DNA from: an uncultured delta proteobacterium
GTDB lineage: Bacteria; Myxococcota_A; Polyangia; Polyangiales; Polyangiaceae
Length of the DNA: 64,000 bases
Reading direction: 5' to 3'
Assembly: GCA_963696385.1 (NCBI GenBank)
Contig: CAVOKF010000005.1
Coordinates: 640,001 to 704,000 of the forward strand
The notes under the pieces were generated by a model. The model saw nothing but the letters and a program-made list of their open reading frames with translations. It made no database searches and was not told where the DNA came from. The translations under genes and the position numbers were made by a program. Shown piece after piece: positions 34,526-44,229 of the stretch (its first letter is position 1; each line of letters opens with the position of its first letter).

Positions 34526-35194
34526 TCACGCGTGGATCGACGGGTACTCGGACGACTCGACGGTCCAGGGCTCCGTGCGAGCCGCGGCCAACCACTCTTC
34601 CATGGCCGGAAGCGCGAGCACCGCCGCACAGTACTCGTGCAGCCGAGGGTCGATGTCCACATCGTAGGTTCGGAACCGGAGCACGACGGGCGCGTACATG
34701 GCGTCGGCAATGGAGAAGCGGCCGAAGAGGAAGGGGCCGCCGCGCCCGAAGCGATCGAGAGCGTCACGCCAGAGCGAGCGCACCCGCTCGATGTCGCGCA
34801 GCGACTCGATCGTCCGACCGCGCCCGGGCAGTCGCGCGCGTGCGTTCATGGGCATATGCGTGCGCAATGCCACGAAGCCCGAGTGCATCTCGGCGCTGAT
34901 CGACCGGGCGACCGCGCGTGCGCCGGCGTCGTCGGGCCAAAGGTGGGCCTCCGGGAACGCCTCGGCGATGGTTTCGCAGATAGCGAGCGAATCCCACACG
35001 ACGACCTCCCCACGCTGCAACACCGGCACCTTGCCCGACGGAGAAATCTTGCGGATCGCATCGGGCGAGTCGGGACGGTAAAGCGGGATGACAACCTCGT
35101 CGAACGGCGCGCCTGTGTGCTTGAGCGCGAGCCAGGGACGAAGCGACCACGACGAGTAATTCTTGTTGCCTACCGCCAAGACCCATTTCGCCAT
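34526..35194 (-). CDS. glutathione S-transferase family protein
   Basis: GNKNYSSWSLRPWL, SPSGKVP, WDSLAI, AEMHSGF, FSIADAMYAP. Confidence 0.92.
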   Translation of the reverse strand: MAKWVLAVGNKNYSSWSLRPWLALKHTGAPFDEVVIPLYRPDSPDAIRKISPSGKVPVLQRGEVVVWDSLAICETIAEAFPEAHLWPDDAGARAVARSISAEMHSGFVALRTHMPMNARARLPGRGRTIESLRDIERVRSLWRDALDRFGRGGPFLFGRFSIADAMYAPVVLRFRTYDVDIDPRLHEYCAAVLALPAMEEWLAAARTEPWTVESSEYPSIHA

Positions 35195-35524
35195 ACCGAA
35201 ACCGTAGTGGGCTCCGGACCAACAAGCGACCTGTGAACCCACGGGCGGCCGGCGACTACGAAGAACGGCCCACGTGCTCTTCGAGTCCCTCGCAGCAAGG
35301 CCGCGATCGGCATGCAAAGGCGGGAGACGCGCGTGCGCGTGAGACGGGCCTCACAAAGGCCGCCAGGGGTCAAGCGCGTTTCACGCCCTTGCGGGAGTGA
35401 ATCATGCGTTCAGGTGCGCGGCGGCGAACCCGGGGCCGCTCGGACGGAAACCGGTCCCGGACACAATCCAGGATGGCGTGTCGCTTTTGGTGATCGCCGC
35501 GCCCGTCGTCGGCGATGACTCGAC

Positions 35525-36622
35525 ATGCAGATTCGGACGGTTCGTTGTCTCGCGGCCACGCTGCTGGCGGGCACAGTGTGCCGACCGAGCGGCGCCAACG
35601 CGCAGACCACGCCGGTGCGTGTCGCGTACGTCGCGGCGGCAGGGTGCCCGCCGGGGCCCGACTTTGCGGCCGCCGTAGCGGTGCGCGGTCGGAACGTCCT
35701 CGCCGTGGACGACGATTCCCCTTCGGTCATTCGCGTCGCCATCGCGGCGGAACCAAACAGGGGGTACCGTGGGACCCTCCGGATGGGATCCTCCGACGAG
35801 GGCGCACGCGAGGTGCACGGCGCCACGTGTCGCGACGTCGTCGATGCGCTGGCCCTGGTGGCCGTGAGCTCGCTGGGGCCTGCGGAGGCGCTCCCGGCAT
35901 CGCCGACGACGAGCGAACGCGCGATGGCTCCTCCGGCGCCGCAGCCCACACCCGCCGAGGCGCCCATCGCACCCCGCGTGGCGAACCTTCCGGATCGTCG
36001 GCCAGAGGACCGCACGCGCGCCGCACCGCTCGAACCGCTGCTCGTCCCGGCCGGAACGCTGACCTTCGACAGCACCAACTCGTTCGGCGTTTTCGGGGGA
36101 GTGATGACCGGTCTCATTCCAAAGGTCGTGGTTCCACGAATCGATTTCATCGAAGCCGCGCGGACGAACTTGGTCACGTCGCCCGATGGCCACACCTATC
36201 GGGTGTGGCCTACCGTCCGACTGCACGGCAGCCTGTTTCCTTCGCTGAAATACCACTCCGCTTACGGGATGACGAACGCCAGTGGCGGTCTCGCGCTGGG
36301 CGCCGACGTGTGCGGCGCAGTCTACTACGACCGAAACGGTTTGCAGGTTCTCGTGTGTCCCGAATTCATGGTGGGCTACACCGCCGTGACCACCACGACT
36401 CCGCCGGGCGTCCGGGTCGACAACGGTCTCGAGGGCTTCGGGACCGTAGGGCTCGGGCTGGACCTCACGTACGATGTCGGGCGTCATTTCCAAGTGGGCC
36501 TCAAGACGGGCGGCGCGGTCCTCCTAGGAGGGCTCAAAGCCGAGGCCAGCGACGGCGCGACCCTTATGCAGTCCTCGAAATGGAGCCTCCACGGGATGCT
36601 CGGCGCAGGCGGGCACTTCTGA
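35525..36622 (+). CDS. exported hypothetical protein, possible outer-membrane beta-barrel C-terminus
   Basis: Signal peptide; GCP...REVHGATCRDVVDALAL N-domain; Pro linker; alternating beta pattern ending in Phe. Confidence 0.7.
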   Translation: MQIRTVRCLAATLLAGTVCRPSGANAQTTPVRVAYVAAAGCPPGPDFAAAVAVRGRNVLAVDDDSPSVIRVAIAAEPNRGYRGTLRMGSSDEGAREVHGATCRDVVDALALVAVSSLGPAEALPASPTTSERAMAPPAPQPTPAEAPIAPRVANLPDRRPEDRTRAAPLEPLLVPAGTLTFDSTNSFGVFGGVMTGLIPKVVVPRIDFIEAARTNLVTSPDGHTYRVWPTVRLHGSLFPSLKYHSAYGMTNASGGLALGADVCGAVYYDRNGLQVLVCPEFMVGYTAVTTTTPPGVRVDNGLEGFGTVGLGLDLTYDVGRHFQVGLKTGGAVLLGGLKAEASDGATLMQSSKWSLHGMLGAGGHF

Positions 36623-37272
36623 TGGCCGGGCGGTCGTTCGTGCGTTCCGACCCGGCCGCCGCCGCGGAATCGGCCGACTGCGAGCCGTCCACGGTCTGCC
36701 CTCCGGGTCGGCGCCGGGACGCGATTCCGAGGGGCGCCGCCTCCGAGTCCGAGGCGGCGATGCGCCGACTCTTCGAAATGCACTACACGTCGATTTGGAG
36801 GCTTCTCCGCCGGCTTGGCGTAGCGTCGGGCCAGGTCGATGACGCCGCGCAACAGGTGTTTTGGGTGGCCGCCCGAAAACTCGCCGAAATTCATCCCGGC
36901 AGCGAGCACGCTTTTCTCTACGGCGTGGCGATCCGCGTGGCCTCCCAGGAACACCGGCGGCGCAGAGCGGCATCGCAAACCCCATCAGCCGACAATTGGG
37001 CCCGTATGAGCGATCTCCCGTCGCCCGAGGAACAGCTCGAACAGCGGCAAGCCCGAGCCTTGCTCGATGCCGTTCTCGATCGGATGACGATCGAGCTACG
37101 CACGGTGTTCGTTCTCTGCGAGCTCGAAGAGCTCCAGGTGCGCGAGGCCGCGGCGATCGAGCGGATCCCGATCGGCACCGCAAGCTCGCGGCTGCGAAGG
37201 GCGCGCGAGGAATTTACGGCCATCGCGAAGCGCGTTCGCGCCACGTGGATGGCCCAGAGAGGCATGCGATGA
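36622..37272 (+). CDS. ECF RNA polymerase sigma factor
   Basis: IWRLLRRLG, DDAAQQVF, FLYGVA (region 2); RTVFVLCELEEL...IPIGTASSRLRRAR (region 4); TGATG coupling. Confidence 0.9.
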   Translation: MAGRSFVRSDPAAAAESADCEPSTVCPPGRRRDAIPRGAASESEAAMRRLFEMHYTSIWRLLRRLGVASGQVDDAAQQVFWVAARKLAEIHPGSEHAFLYGVAIRVASQEHRRRRAASQTPSADNWARMSDLPSPEEQLEQRQARALLDAVLDRMTIELRTVFVLCELEELQVREAAAIERIPIGTASSRLRRAREEFTAIAKRVRATWMAQRGMR

Positions 37273-38075
37273 GCTTCATCGACCGCGGCGACGACGAGTT
37301 CGAGCGCGCGCTGCGACACTCCGCAAGGCGCGATGCGCCCGCTGCAGATGCGACTGCACGGGCGTGGTCCCGGTTTGCCGTTCGGCTGGCGGCTTCGCCC
37401 GTGCATGAATCGCCCGGGCCTGTCAGGGCCCCCCTGTCGGTCGCGAGTCCGGTCCGCCGTTTCAGGAATGCGCTTGCGACCGCGAAGTGGGTCGTGCTTG
37501 GCGCCATCGGGGGCAGTGCGGTCACCTTCGCCCTGGTCGGCCGTCATGCCGGGCCACCCGCGCGGGTGGCCTCGCCTGGCCCCCCGTCGTCCCTTCGGGA
37601 TCCATCGGCAAACGCTCCGGGCCAGGCAGCCCCGAGCCCTCGGGATGCCCTTGAGCCGCAGCCCGGCGCCGGTTCGGCCTCCGTCTCTTCAGTGTTGCCC
37701 TCACCGGGGCCCGCGTTGGCACGGGTAGCGCCGCCTCTCCCGAACGTGCCGCGGCGGGGCGTGGCTGCACCCGAGGCCTCGACCCTGGCTGCCGAAGTGG
37801 CTGCACTGGACGCTGCGCGCGGTGCGCTCGACGCCGGTGCCCCCGACGACGCGCTCACCCTTCTGCATCGCTATCTTCTGGACTTTCCGAAGGGCAAGCT
37901 CGTGCCTGAGGCGGAGGTGCTGGCCATCGAAGCGTGTGCCGAAAAGGGTGACCGCCTCCGGGTGACCCGCGAAGCGGCTCGCTTCTTGGAGCGATATCCG
38001 AACGCACCACAACGGACACGGGTGGAGCAATTGCGCCGAGACGCAAGCCCAAGTCGAAGTCCAGCTTCGCCGTGA
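37269..38075 (+). CDS. putative anti-sigma factor, single TM plus C-terminal TPR-like helices
   Basis: ATGA overlap with the sigma gene; TM KWVVLGAIGGSAVTFALV; LAAEVAALDAAR...FPKG...EAEVLAIEA...FLERYP. Confidence 0.75.
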   Translation: MSFIDRGDDEFERALRHSARRDAPAADATARAWSRFAVRLAASPVHESPGPVRAPLSVASPVRRFRNALATAKWVVLGAIGGSAVTFALVGRHAGPPARVASPGPPSSLRDPSANAPGQAAPSPRDALEPQPGAGSASVSSVLPSPGPALARVAPPLPNVPRRGVAAPEASTLAAEVAALDAARGALDAGAPDDALTLLHRYLLDFPKGKLVPEAEVLAIEACAEKGDRLRVTREAARFLERYPNAPQRTRVEQLRRDASPSRSPASP

Positions 38076-38134
38076 CGACGGAATGCGGTCCGCTTTGCGA
38101 ATCGTTGGAGGTCCGGGTACGATTCCTGTCCTGG

Positions 38135-38578
38135 ATGGCAAGGCCCCGAACACGCTTCGCAATCTACTGGTGCACGACGGCGGACGGCGACGAGGACTGG
38201 TTTGTGGTCGCCGACTCCGCCCGTACGGCCCGACGATTCCATGAGCAGCAGGAAGGCTACGAGAGCGGGGACGCCCGTGCCGAGCGGGTCACCCCTCTTC
38301 CCCCTGAACTTCAGGTTGACGGTGGCTGGCGGAACGGCCTTACGGGGAGCGTGATGGATCACGCGTGGTGGCCGAGCGACGATCTCCTCGTCGCGTGCGG
38401 CGGGGAAATCGCACGACAGCCACGTGGAGGCATCAGAGAGACGATGGGTGTCGTCTGCAAGGATGTCCGCTTCGGCGAGCGAGTCTTCCGGGCTGGAGAC
38501 GTGGTCACCAACGTGCATCGGGCATTCGGGCGCAAAGAACCCCGCCTTTCGGTCTTCAAGGGCAGCGGAGGCTCCTGA
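38135..38578 (+). CDS. hypothetical protein
   Basis: YWCTTADGDEDWFVVA...ARRFHEQQEGY; protein-like composition. Confidence 0.6.
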   Translation: MARPRTRFAIYWCTTADGDEDWFVVADSARTARRFHEQQEGYESGDARAERVTPLPPELQVDGGWRNGLTGSVMDHAWWPSDDLLVACGGEIARQPRGGIRETMGVVCKDVRFGERVFRAGDVVTNVHRAFGRKEPRLSVFKGSGGS

Positions 38579-38856
38579 TTGAGGCGTCCCGGAAACGCAA
38601 CTTCTTCGCCTGGATGCATGCCTTGCATGCATGACCGTCGCCCTCTGTTCTGCGAGCTGGGCGTGAGTCAGCCAGCGAAGATGGCATCCGCGATGCATTG
38701 TGTAACGTAGGCGGCACGCCCCGAGTACCGTTGCAGCGAGCACGAGCTGCGTGATTGCGGGCGCGCATTGCGGGTCGAAGCTCGCCCCGCCCCGGGGATT
38801 TCGCTCCCTACCGAGAAGCGGTTCTTGGCGCTCGCAGGGTCTCTGGAGGTGCAATC

Positions 38857-41202
38857 GTGGATAACGTCGACATCGCGCGCCTGTTCGATGAGATGACCGA
38901 TCTTCTCGAGATCGAGAGCGGCAACCCGTTTCGCGTCCGCGCGTACCGCACAGCTGCGCGAACCATCGAAAATCTGGGCGAGCCGGCTTCGGCGATCGTC
39001 GCCCGCGACCCCCGAGGCTTGGCGGAGTTACCGGGGGTCGGAAAGGATCTCGCCGCCAAGATCGTGGAGATCCTCACGACGGGTGACCTTGCCTTGCGGC
39101 GCGATCTCGTGGCGAAGGTTCCGGAGAGCCTTGTGGTGATGATGCGCGTCGACGGCGTGGGGCCAAAGCGGGCGAAACTCTTCTACGACAAGCTTGCTCT
39201 GAAGACGCTCGAGGATCTCGAGGCCGCAGCCAAGGTTGGCAGGCTCCATTCCGTTCGCGGAATCGGCGAGGTCCTCGAGAAGCGCATCCTCCAAGGCTGC
39301 GCGGATCAACGCGCTCGCGCGAGTCGATTCCGCCTCGCCGAGGCCGATACGCATGCCGCGCCTCTCTTGGCCTACCTCAAAGCGGCGCCGGAGGTCGTCG
39401 CCATCGACATCGCCGGGAGCTTGCGACGTCGCCGCGAGACGATCGGGGACATCGACGTGCTCGTCGCGTCGAGCGAGGGGCCTGCGGTGGCGCGGCGCTT
39501 CGTAAGGTATCCCGAGGTGACGAAGGTTCTCGCACACGGCGAGGCCAAGTGCTCCGTCGCCTTGCGATCCGGGATGCAGGCCGACCTTCGCATCGTCGCT
39601 CCCGAGTCGTACGGCGCCGCGCTCCACTACTTCACCGGTTCGAAGGCGCACAACATCGCGGTTCGGACTCTTGGCGTAAAGCGCAACCTCAAGATCAGCG
39701 AGTACGGCGTCTTCCGTGGCATGCGCCGCATCGGAGGCCGCACCGAGCAAGAGGTCTTCCGCGCCATGGGGCTTCCGTGGATTGCGCCGGAGCTACGAGA
39801 GGACCGCGGCGAGATCGCCGCGGCTCGTGAAGGGAAACTGCCTCGGCTCATTGAGCCTGGCGATCTGCGTGGGGATCTGCACGTGCACACGGACGCGACC
39901 GATGGAAAGAACACGCTGCGCGAAATGGTCGAAGCATGCGCCGCGCGCGGATACGCCTACGTCGCGATCACCGACCACACGCAAGCGCTCCGCATGACCG
40001 GAGGGCTCGGTCGCTCCGGGTATAGACGTCAACGCCGTGCCATTGAAGCGATGCGCAAGGACTTCCCCTCGATCGCCATCCTGCACGGTGCAGAGGTCGA
40101 CATCCTGGCGGATGGAAGCCTCGACCTCGATGACGACACGCTCGCAGAGCTCGACGTGGTCATCGCCGCGGTGCACTCGAACTTCGCGATGACCGGGGCG
40201 ACGATGACTGAGCGCGTCCTGTCGGCACTCGCTCATCCGCGCGTCGATATCCTCGCGCACCCGACCGGCCGCCTTCTAGGAAAGCGCGAGCCCTACGCGA
40301 TCGATATGGTCAAGGTCGTGAAGACGGCGTGCGAACGCGGCATTCTGCTCGAGATCAACGCCCAGCCGGAGCGACTCGATCTGTCGGACATCTTGGTGCG
40401 GATGGCGCGCGATGCGGGCGCACGGTTCGTGATCAACACGGATGCGCACCGCACCTCCGAGCTGGCGTTCATGCGTTACGGCGTGGACCAGGCGCGACGT
40501 GGCTGGTGCTCGGCGAACGACGTGGCCAATACCGGGCGATGGAAGATCCGCCGGCGCAGTCTACCGACGCGGGAACGGGCAGGTCGTACGCGAAGCTTAT
40601 CCCGCGACACTGGCCGCTGGCACTGCTGCTGTACGTTGCCGGATTGGTCCTGGCGTGCCCCGTCGCAGCATCGCGCGCAGCTCTTTCAGTGGGCACGTAC
40701 GACGGACCGTCGAGGGGGGCACCGCCACGCTTTCAGCAACTTTCTGAAAGGCCGCAAACGAACAGCGCGACCGCGCACACCGGAGCGATGCGACGGTGCC
40801 CGGACCGGCGGCCGGCGCGCACCGGTGCAGCGCGAGGGAACGCCCATTCGCGCCGACGCGTCACGGGTCGGCAACGACCCGGAAACCGGAGCGGAGTTTC
40901 CATCCCGTCCATGCACCGAAAAGCTCCGTCTTCCGGCGGCGGGACGACCTGTCCGAGCATGCTCGGCCTTGTCGGCCTGCGTCTCGTCGTCCTTTCGACC
41001 CTCGCCGTTCTCTCGGGCTCGTGCTCGAAGAGCGACAGCTCGGCGGCACCCATCCCGCCCTTGGCGTCGGCGAGTGCCTCCGCCGCGCCCGCGCAGAAGA
41101 CCTTCACGGCAGGCTTCATCTACGTCGGCCCGAAGGGCGACTACGGGTACAACCAGGCCCACGCGGAGGGCGCGGCGGTCGTCGCGGCCCGGCCCGGGGT
41201 GA
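38857..41202 (+). CDS. polX: DNA polymerase X / PHP exonuclease; homology ends near 40533 and the ORF runs on to 41202
   Basis: RBS GGAGG plus GTG; NPFRVRAY, LPGVG, GSLRR...GDID, YFTGSKAHN, PELRE, DLHVHT, TDH, AHPTGR, INTDAH. Confidence 0.9.
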   Translation: MDNVDIARLFDEMTDLLEIESGNPFRVRAYRTAARTIENLGEPASAIVARDPRGLAELPGVGKDLAAKIVEILTTGDLALRRDLVAKVPESLVVMMRVDGVGPKRAKLFYDKLALKTLEDLEAAAKVGRLHSVRGIGEVLEKRILQGCADQRARASRFRLAEADTHAAPLLAYLKAAPEVVAIDIAGSLRRRRETIGDIDVLVASSEGPAVARRFVRYPEVTKVLAHGEAKCSVALRSGMQADLRIVAPESYGAALHYFTGSKAHNIAVRTLGVKRNLKISEYGVFRGMRRIGGRTEQEVFRAMGLPWIAPELREDRGEIAAAREGKLPRLIEPGDLRGDLHVHTDATDGKNTLREMVEACAARGYAYVAITDHTQALRMTGGLGRSGYRRQRRAIEAMRKDFPSIAILHGAEVDILADGSLDLDDDTLAELDVVIAAVHSNFAMTGATMTERVLSALAHPRVDILAHPTGRLLGKREPYAIDMVKVVKTACERGILLEINAQPERLDLSDILVRMARDAGARFVINTDAHRTSELAFMRYGVDQARRGWCSANDVANTGRWKIRRRSLPTRERAGRTRSLSRDTGRWHCCCTLPDWSWRAPSQHRAQLFQWARTTDRRGGHRHAFSNFLKGRKRTARPRTPERCDGARTGGRRAPVQREGTPIRADASRVGNDPETGAEFPSRPCTEKLRLPAAGRPVRACSALSACVSSSFRPSPFSRARARRATARRHPSRPWRRRVPPPRPRRRPSRQASSTSARRATTGTTRPTRRARRSSRPGPG

Positions 41203-42119
41203 AGATCCGGGAAGAAGAGAATGTCCCCGAAACGGAGGCCGTCGAGAAGACGATGGAGAGCATGATCGAGCTCGACGGAGCGTCGGTTCTCTTTCCCACG
41301 TCGTTCGGCTACTTCGACCCCCACATCCTGAAGGTGGCCCAGAAGTACCCGAATGTGACGTTTCTGCACTGCGGGGGCCTCTACCAAGAGGGCAAGCACC
41401 CCAAGAATGTCGCGAGCTACTTCGGGTACATCGACGAGGCGCAGTACGTCTCCGGCATCGTCGCGGGCCTCACCACCAAGAGCAACAAGCTCGGGTTCAT
41501 TGCGGCCAAGCCGATTCCCCAGGTCCTGCGCAACATCAACTCATTCACCCTCGGCGCGCGATCGGTGAACCCCAAGGCGACGACGTCCGTCGTCTTCACG
41601 GGCGACTGGTCGCTTCCCGTCAAGGAAGCCGAGGCCGCCAACAGTCTCGTCGATCAGGGGGTCGACGTGCTCACGATGCACGTCGACTCGCCCAAGGTCA
41701 TCGTCGAAACGGCCGAGAAGCGCGGCATCTACGTGACCGGTTACCATACCGACCAATCGACCCTCGCTCCCAGGGGCTACCTGACGGGCGCTCTCTGGAA
41801 CTGGGGCAAAGTCTACACGGACTACGTCAACTGGATCCAGGCCGGCACGCCGTACCCTCACGTCCTCCGGGGTGGTTTCAAGGAAGGCTTCATCAAGATG
41901 TCGCCTTACGGCTCAGCGGTGTCCGCCATGGCGAGGGCGAAGGCCGACGAGACGAAGGCCAAGCTGACGGACGGGTCGCTCGTCATCTACACGGGTCCCA
42001 TCAAGGACAACACGGGCAAGGTGGTGATCCCGGCCGGGACGACCGAGATACAGACCGACATCCAACTCGAGAGGATGAACTACCTCGTCGAGGGCGTGGT
42101 CGGCAGGATCCCTTCGTGA
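40959..42119 (+). CDS. BMP family ABC transporter substrate-binding lipoprotein
   Basis: Lipobox LSGSC; GFIYVGPKGDYGYNQAH, TSFGY, NSFTLGA, YLVEGVVG. Confidence 0.92.
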   Translation: MLGLVGLRLVVLSTLAVLSGSCSKSDSSAAPIPPLASASASAAPAQKTFTAGFIYVGPKGDYGYNQAHAEGAAVVAARPGVKIREEENVPETEAVEKTMESMIELDGASVLFPTSFGYFDPHILKVAQKYPNVTFLHCGGLYQEGKHPKNVASYFGYIDEAQYVSGIVAGLTTKSNKLGFIAAKPIPQVLRNINSFTLGARSVNPKATTSVVFTGDWSLPVKEAEAANSLVDQGVDVLTMHVDSPKVIVETAEKRGIYVTGYHTDQSTLAPRGYLTGALWNWGKVYTDYVNWIQAGTPYPHVLRGGFKEGFIKMSPYGSAVSAMARAKADETKAKLTDGSLVIYTGPIKDNTGKVVIPAGTTEIQTDIQLERMNYLVEGVVGRIPS

Positions 42120-42224
42120 CGGAAACGGCTCCGTGGTGAAGGCCGCGACCCCTGGAGACAGCCCGGGCTCGTCCCCCGTGGGGGTGCACACGCGTGCGCT
42201 CGGGGGGATCTCCGGGCACGGTTC

Positions 42225-43307
42225 ATGGTGGGGGTCGAGGCGCTCGTCATGCCGCTCGGCGGGATCGCGGTGTCGTTCGCGATCTTCGGCGGATTCGTCG
42301 GCCTGGCCGGGGCCCACCCGATGGACGTCTACTACCAGATGTACCGCGGGGCGTTCGGTTCCTGGTTCTCGTTCCAGAACACCCTCGTCCGCGCCGCCCC
42401 CCTGACGCTCACGGCGCTCTGCACGGCCCTGCCCGCGCAGCTCGGCCTGGTCATCATCGGCGGAGAGGGAGCGCTCGTCCTCGGGGCGCTCGGGGCCGTC
42501 GTCGCCGCACACGCGCTCGTCGGAAGCAACCCCGTGGGGGTGCTCTGCGCCATGGCCGCGGCGGCCTGTGCCGTCGGGGGCGCTCTGGTGGCGCTCGAGG
42601 GCGCGTTGCGCACGCTGCGGGGCGTCAACGAGACCATCAGTAGCTTGCTCCTCAACTACATCGCGATCGGGGTCTTCAAGCACCTGGTCGAGGGGCCCAT
42701 GCGCGATCCGGCGAGCCTGAACAAGCCTTCGACGCGCCCGATCGGCGAGGCCTACGCGCTCGGAACGATTCCGGGCATGGACGTGCACTGGGGTCTCGTC
42801 TACGGGGTGATCGCGTGCGTAGCGGCCTACGTGCTCATGCGCCGCACGGCGTTCGGGTTCGCGGCGAAGGTCATCGGGGGCAACGCGCGCGCGGCGCAGC
42901 TGAGCGGGCTTGCCGTGCACAGGTACGTCATCGTCGCGTGCGGCCTCGCCGGCGCAGCCGCGGGGCTGGCGGGCATGGTCGAGGTGGCGGCCGTGCACGG
43001 CACGGCGAACGCCTCGATCATCGTCGGCTACGGGTACACCGGGGTTCTCGTTGCGTTTCTGGCGCGCCAGCACCCGCTAGGAATCCTTCCCGTCGCGGTT
43101 CTCGTCGGCGGCATCGGCGCGAGCGGCGGGCTCCTGCAGCGCACCGAGCACTTGCCGGACGCCGCCGTCAACGTGCTGCAGGGCATCCTCTTCGTTGTCA
43201 TCCTCGCGAGCGAAACGCTCCGTGGCCGTTTCGGGGCACGGGTCGCGCGGGGCATCCGATCACCGCTGCGGCCGGCGCCCGCCGAACCGACGCAGAAGGC
43301 CGCATGA
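42225..43307 (+). CDS. ABC transporter permease (nucleoside/BMP type)
   Basis: IIGGEG, GVNETISSLLLNYIA, GYGYTGVLVAFLA; multiple TM. Confidence 0.9.
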   Translation: MVGVEALVMPLGGIAVSFAIFGGFVGLAGAHPMDVYYQMYRGAFGSWFSFQNTLVRAAPLTLTALCTALPAQLGLVIIGGEGALVLGALGAVVAAHALVGSNPVGVLCAMAAAACAVGGALVALEGALRTLRGVNETISSLLLNYIAIGVFKHLVEGPMRDPASLNKPSTRPIGEAYALGTIPGMDVHWGLVYGVIACVAAYVLMRRTAFGFAAKVIGGNARAAQLSGLAVHRYVIVACGLAGAAAGLAGMVEVAAVHGTANASIIVGYGYTGVLVAFLARQHPLGILPVAVLVGGIGASGGLLQRTEHLPDAAVNVLQGILFVVILASETLRGRFGARVARGIRSPLRPAPAEPTQKAA

Positions 43308-44229
43308 GCGACGGGGTCGCTGGCGTCTGGGGGTTGCCCATTGCGCTCGTCGGAGGCGCGCTGCGCGTGAGCGCGCCCTACCTCTTCGTGAGCCTTGGCG
43401 AGTGCCTCACGGAGAAGAGCGGCCGGATCAACCTCGGGCAAGAGGGCACCCTCGTTATGGGCGCGATGAGCGGGTACGGCGTCTCCTACCTGTCGGGATC
43501 ACCCTGGCTCGGGGTTCTGGCCGCGGGATGCGTGGGCGTCGTCCTCGGCGCGGCGCACGCTTGGCTCTGCTCGATGCCGCGCGTCAACGACGTCGCGGTC
43601 GGAATCGCGCTGATGCTCCTCGGCACCGGGCTAGCGTTCTTTCTCGGAAAACCGCTTATCCAGCCGAAGGCCCCCCGGCTGTCGTCGTTCGAGCTCGGGG
43701 CCTGGAGCTCGAGCCCCCCGTGCGCGCCGCGCTCGAGATCAACGGTCTGTTCCTGGTCGGCGTCGCCGCCGCCTTCGCGATGCGCTTCGTGTTTCAGCGT
43801 ACGCGCTGGGGCCTCGTCGTCCGCATCGTGGGCGAGGACGCCGACGCCGCGCGCGCGCTCGGCTACCGCGTGAACCGTGTGCGTTTCGCGGCGACCGCCG
43901 TCGGCGGCTTCTTCGCCGGCGTGGGAGGGTCGTTCCTGTCGCTCTACTACCCAGGCAGCTGGAGTGAGGGGCTCTCGAGCGGCCAGGGCCTCATGGCGGT
44001 GGCCCTTGTCATCTTCGCGCGCTGGGATCCCGTCCGCTGCCTGTTGGCGTCGCTCCTCTTCGGCGGAGCGGGCGCCATCGGGCCTGCGCTGCAGTCGATT
44101 GGCATCCTGGGGGGCTACAACCTCTATGCGACGGCGCCGTACGTGCTCACGCTCATCATCATGATCGCGACGAGCTCCGGGCGACGTACGCTGGCCGGCC
44201 AGCCCGCCGAGCTCACGGTGGCCCGATGA
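43304..44229 (+). pseudogene. second ABC permease, split by a 1-nt frameshift at C6 (43714-43719)
   Basis: N-half (TEKSGRINLGQEG) in the frame of ORF 42815..43873; C-half (VRAALEIN, GQGLMAVALVIFARW, PYVLT) in the frame of ORF 43195..44229. Confidence 0.85.
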
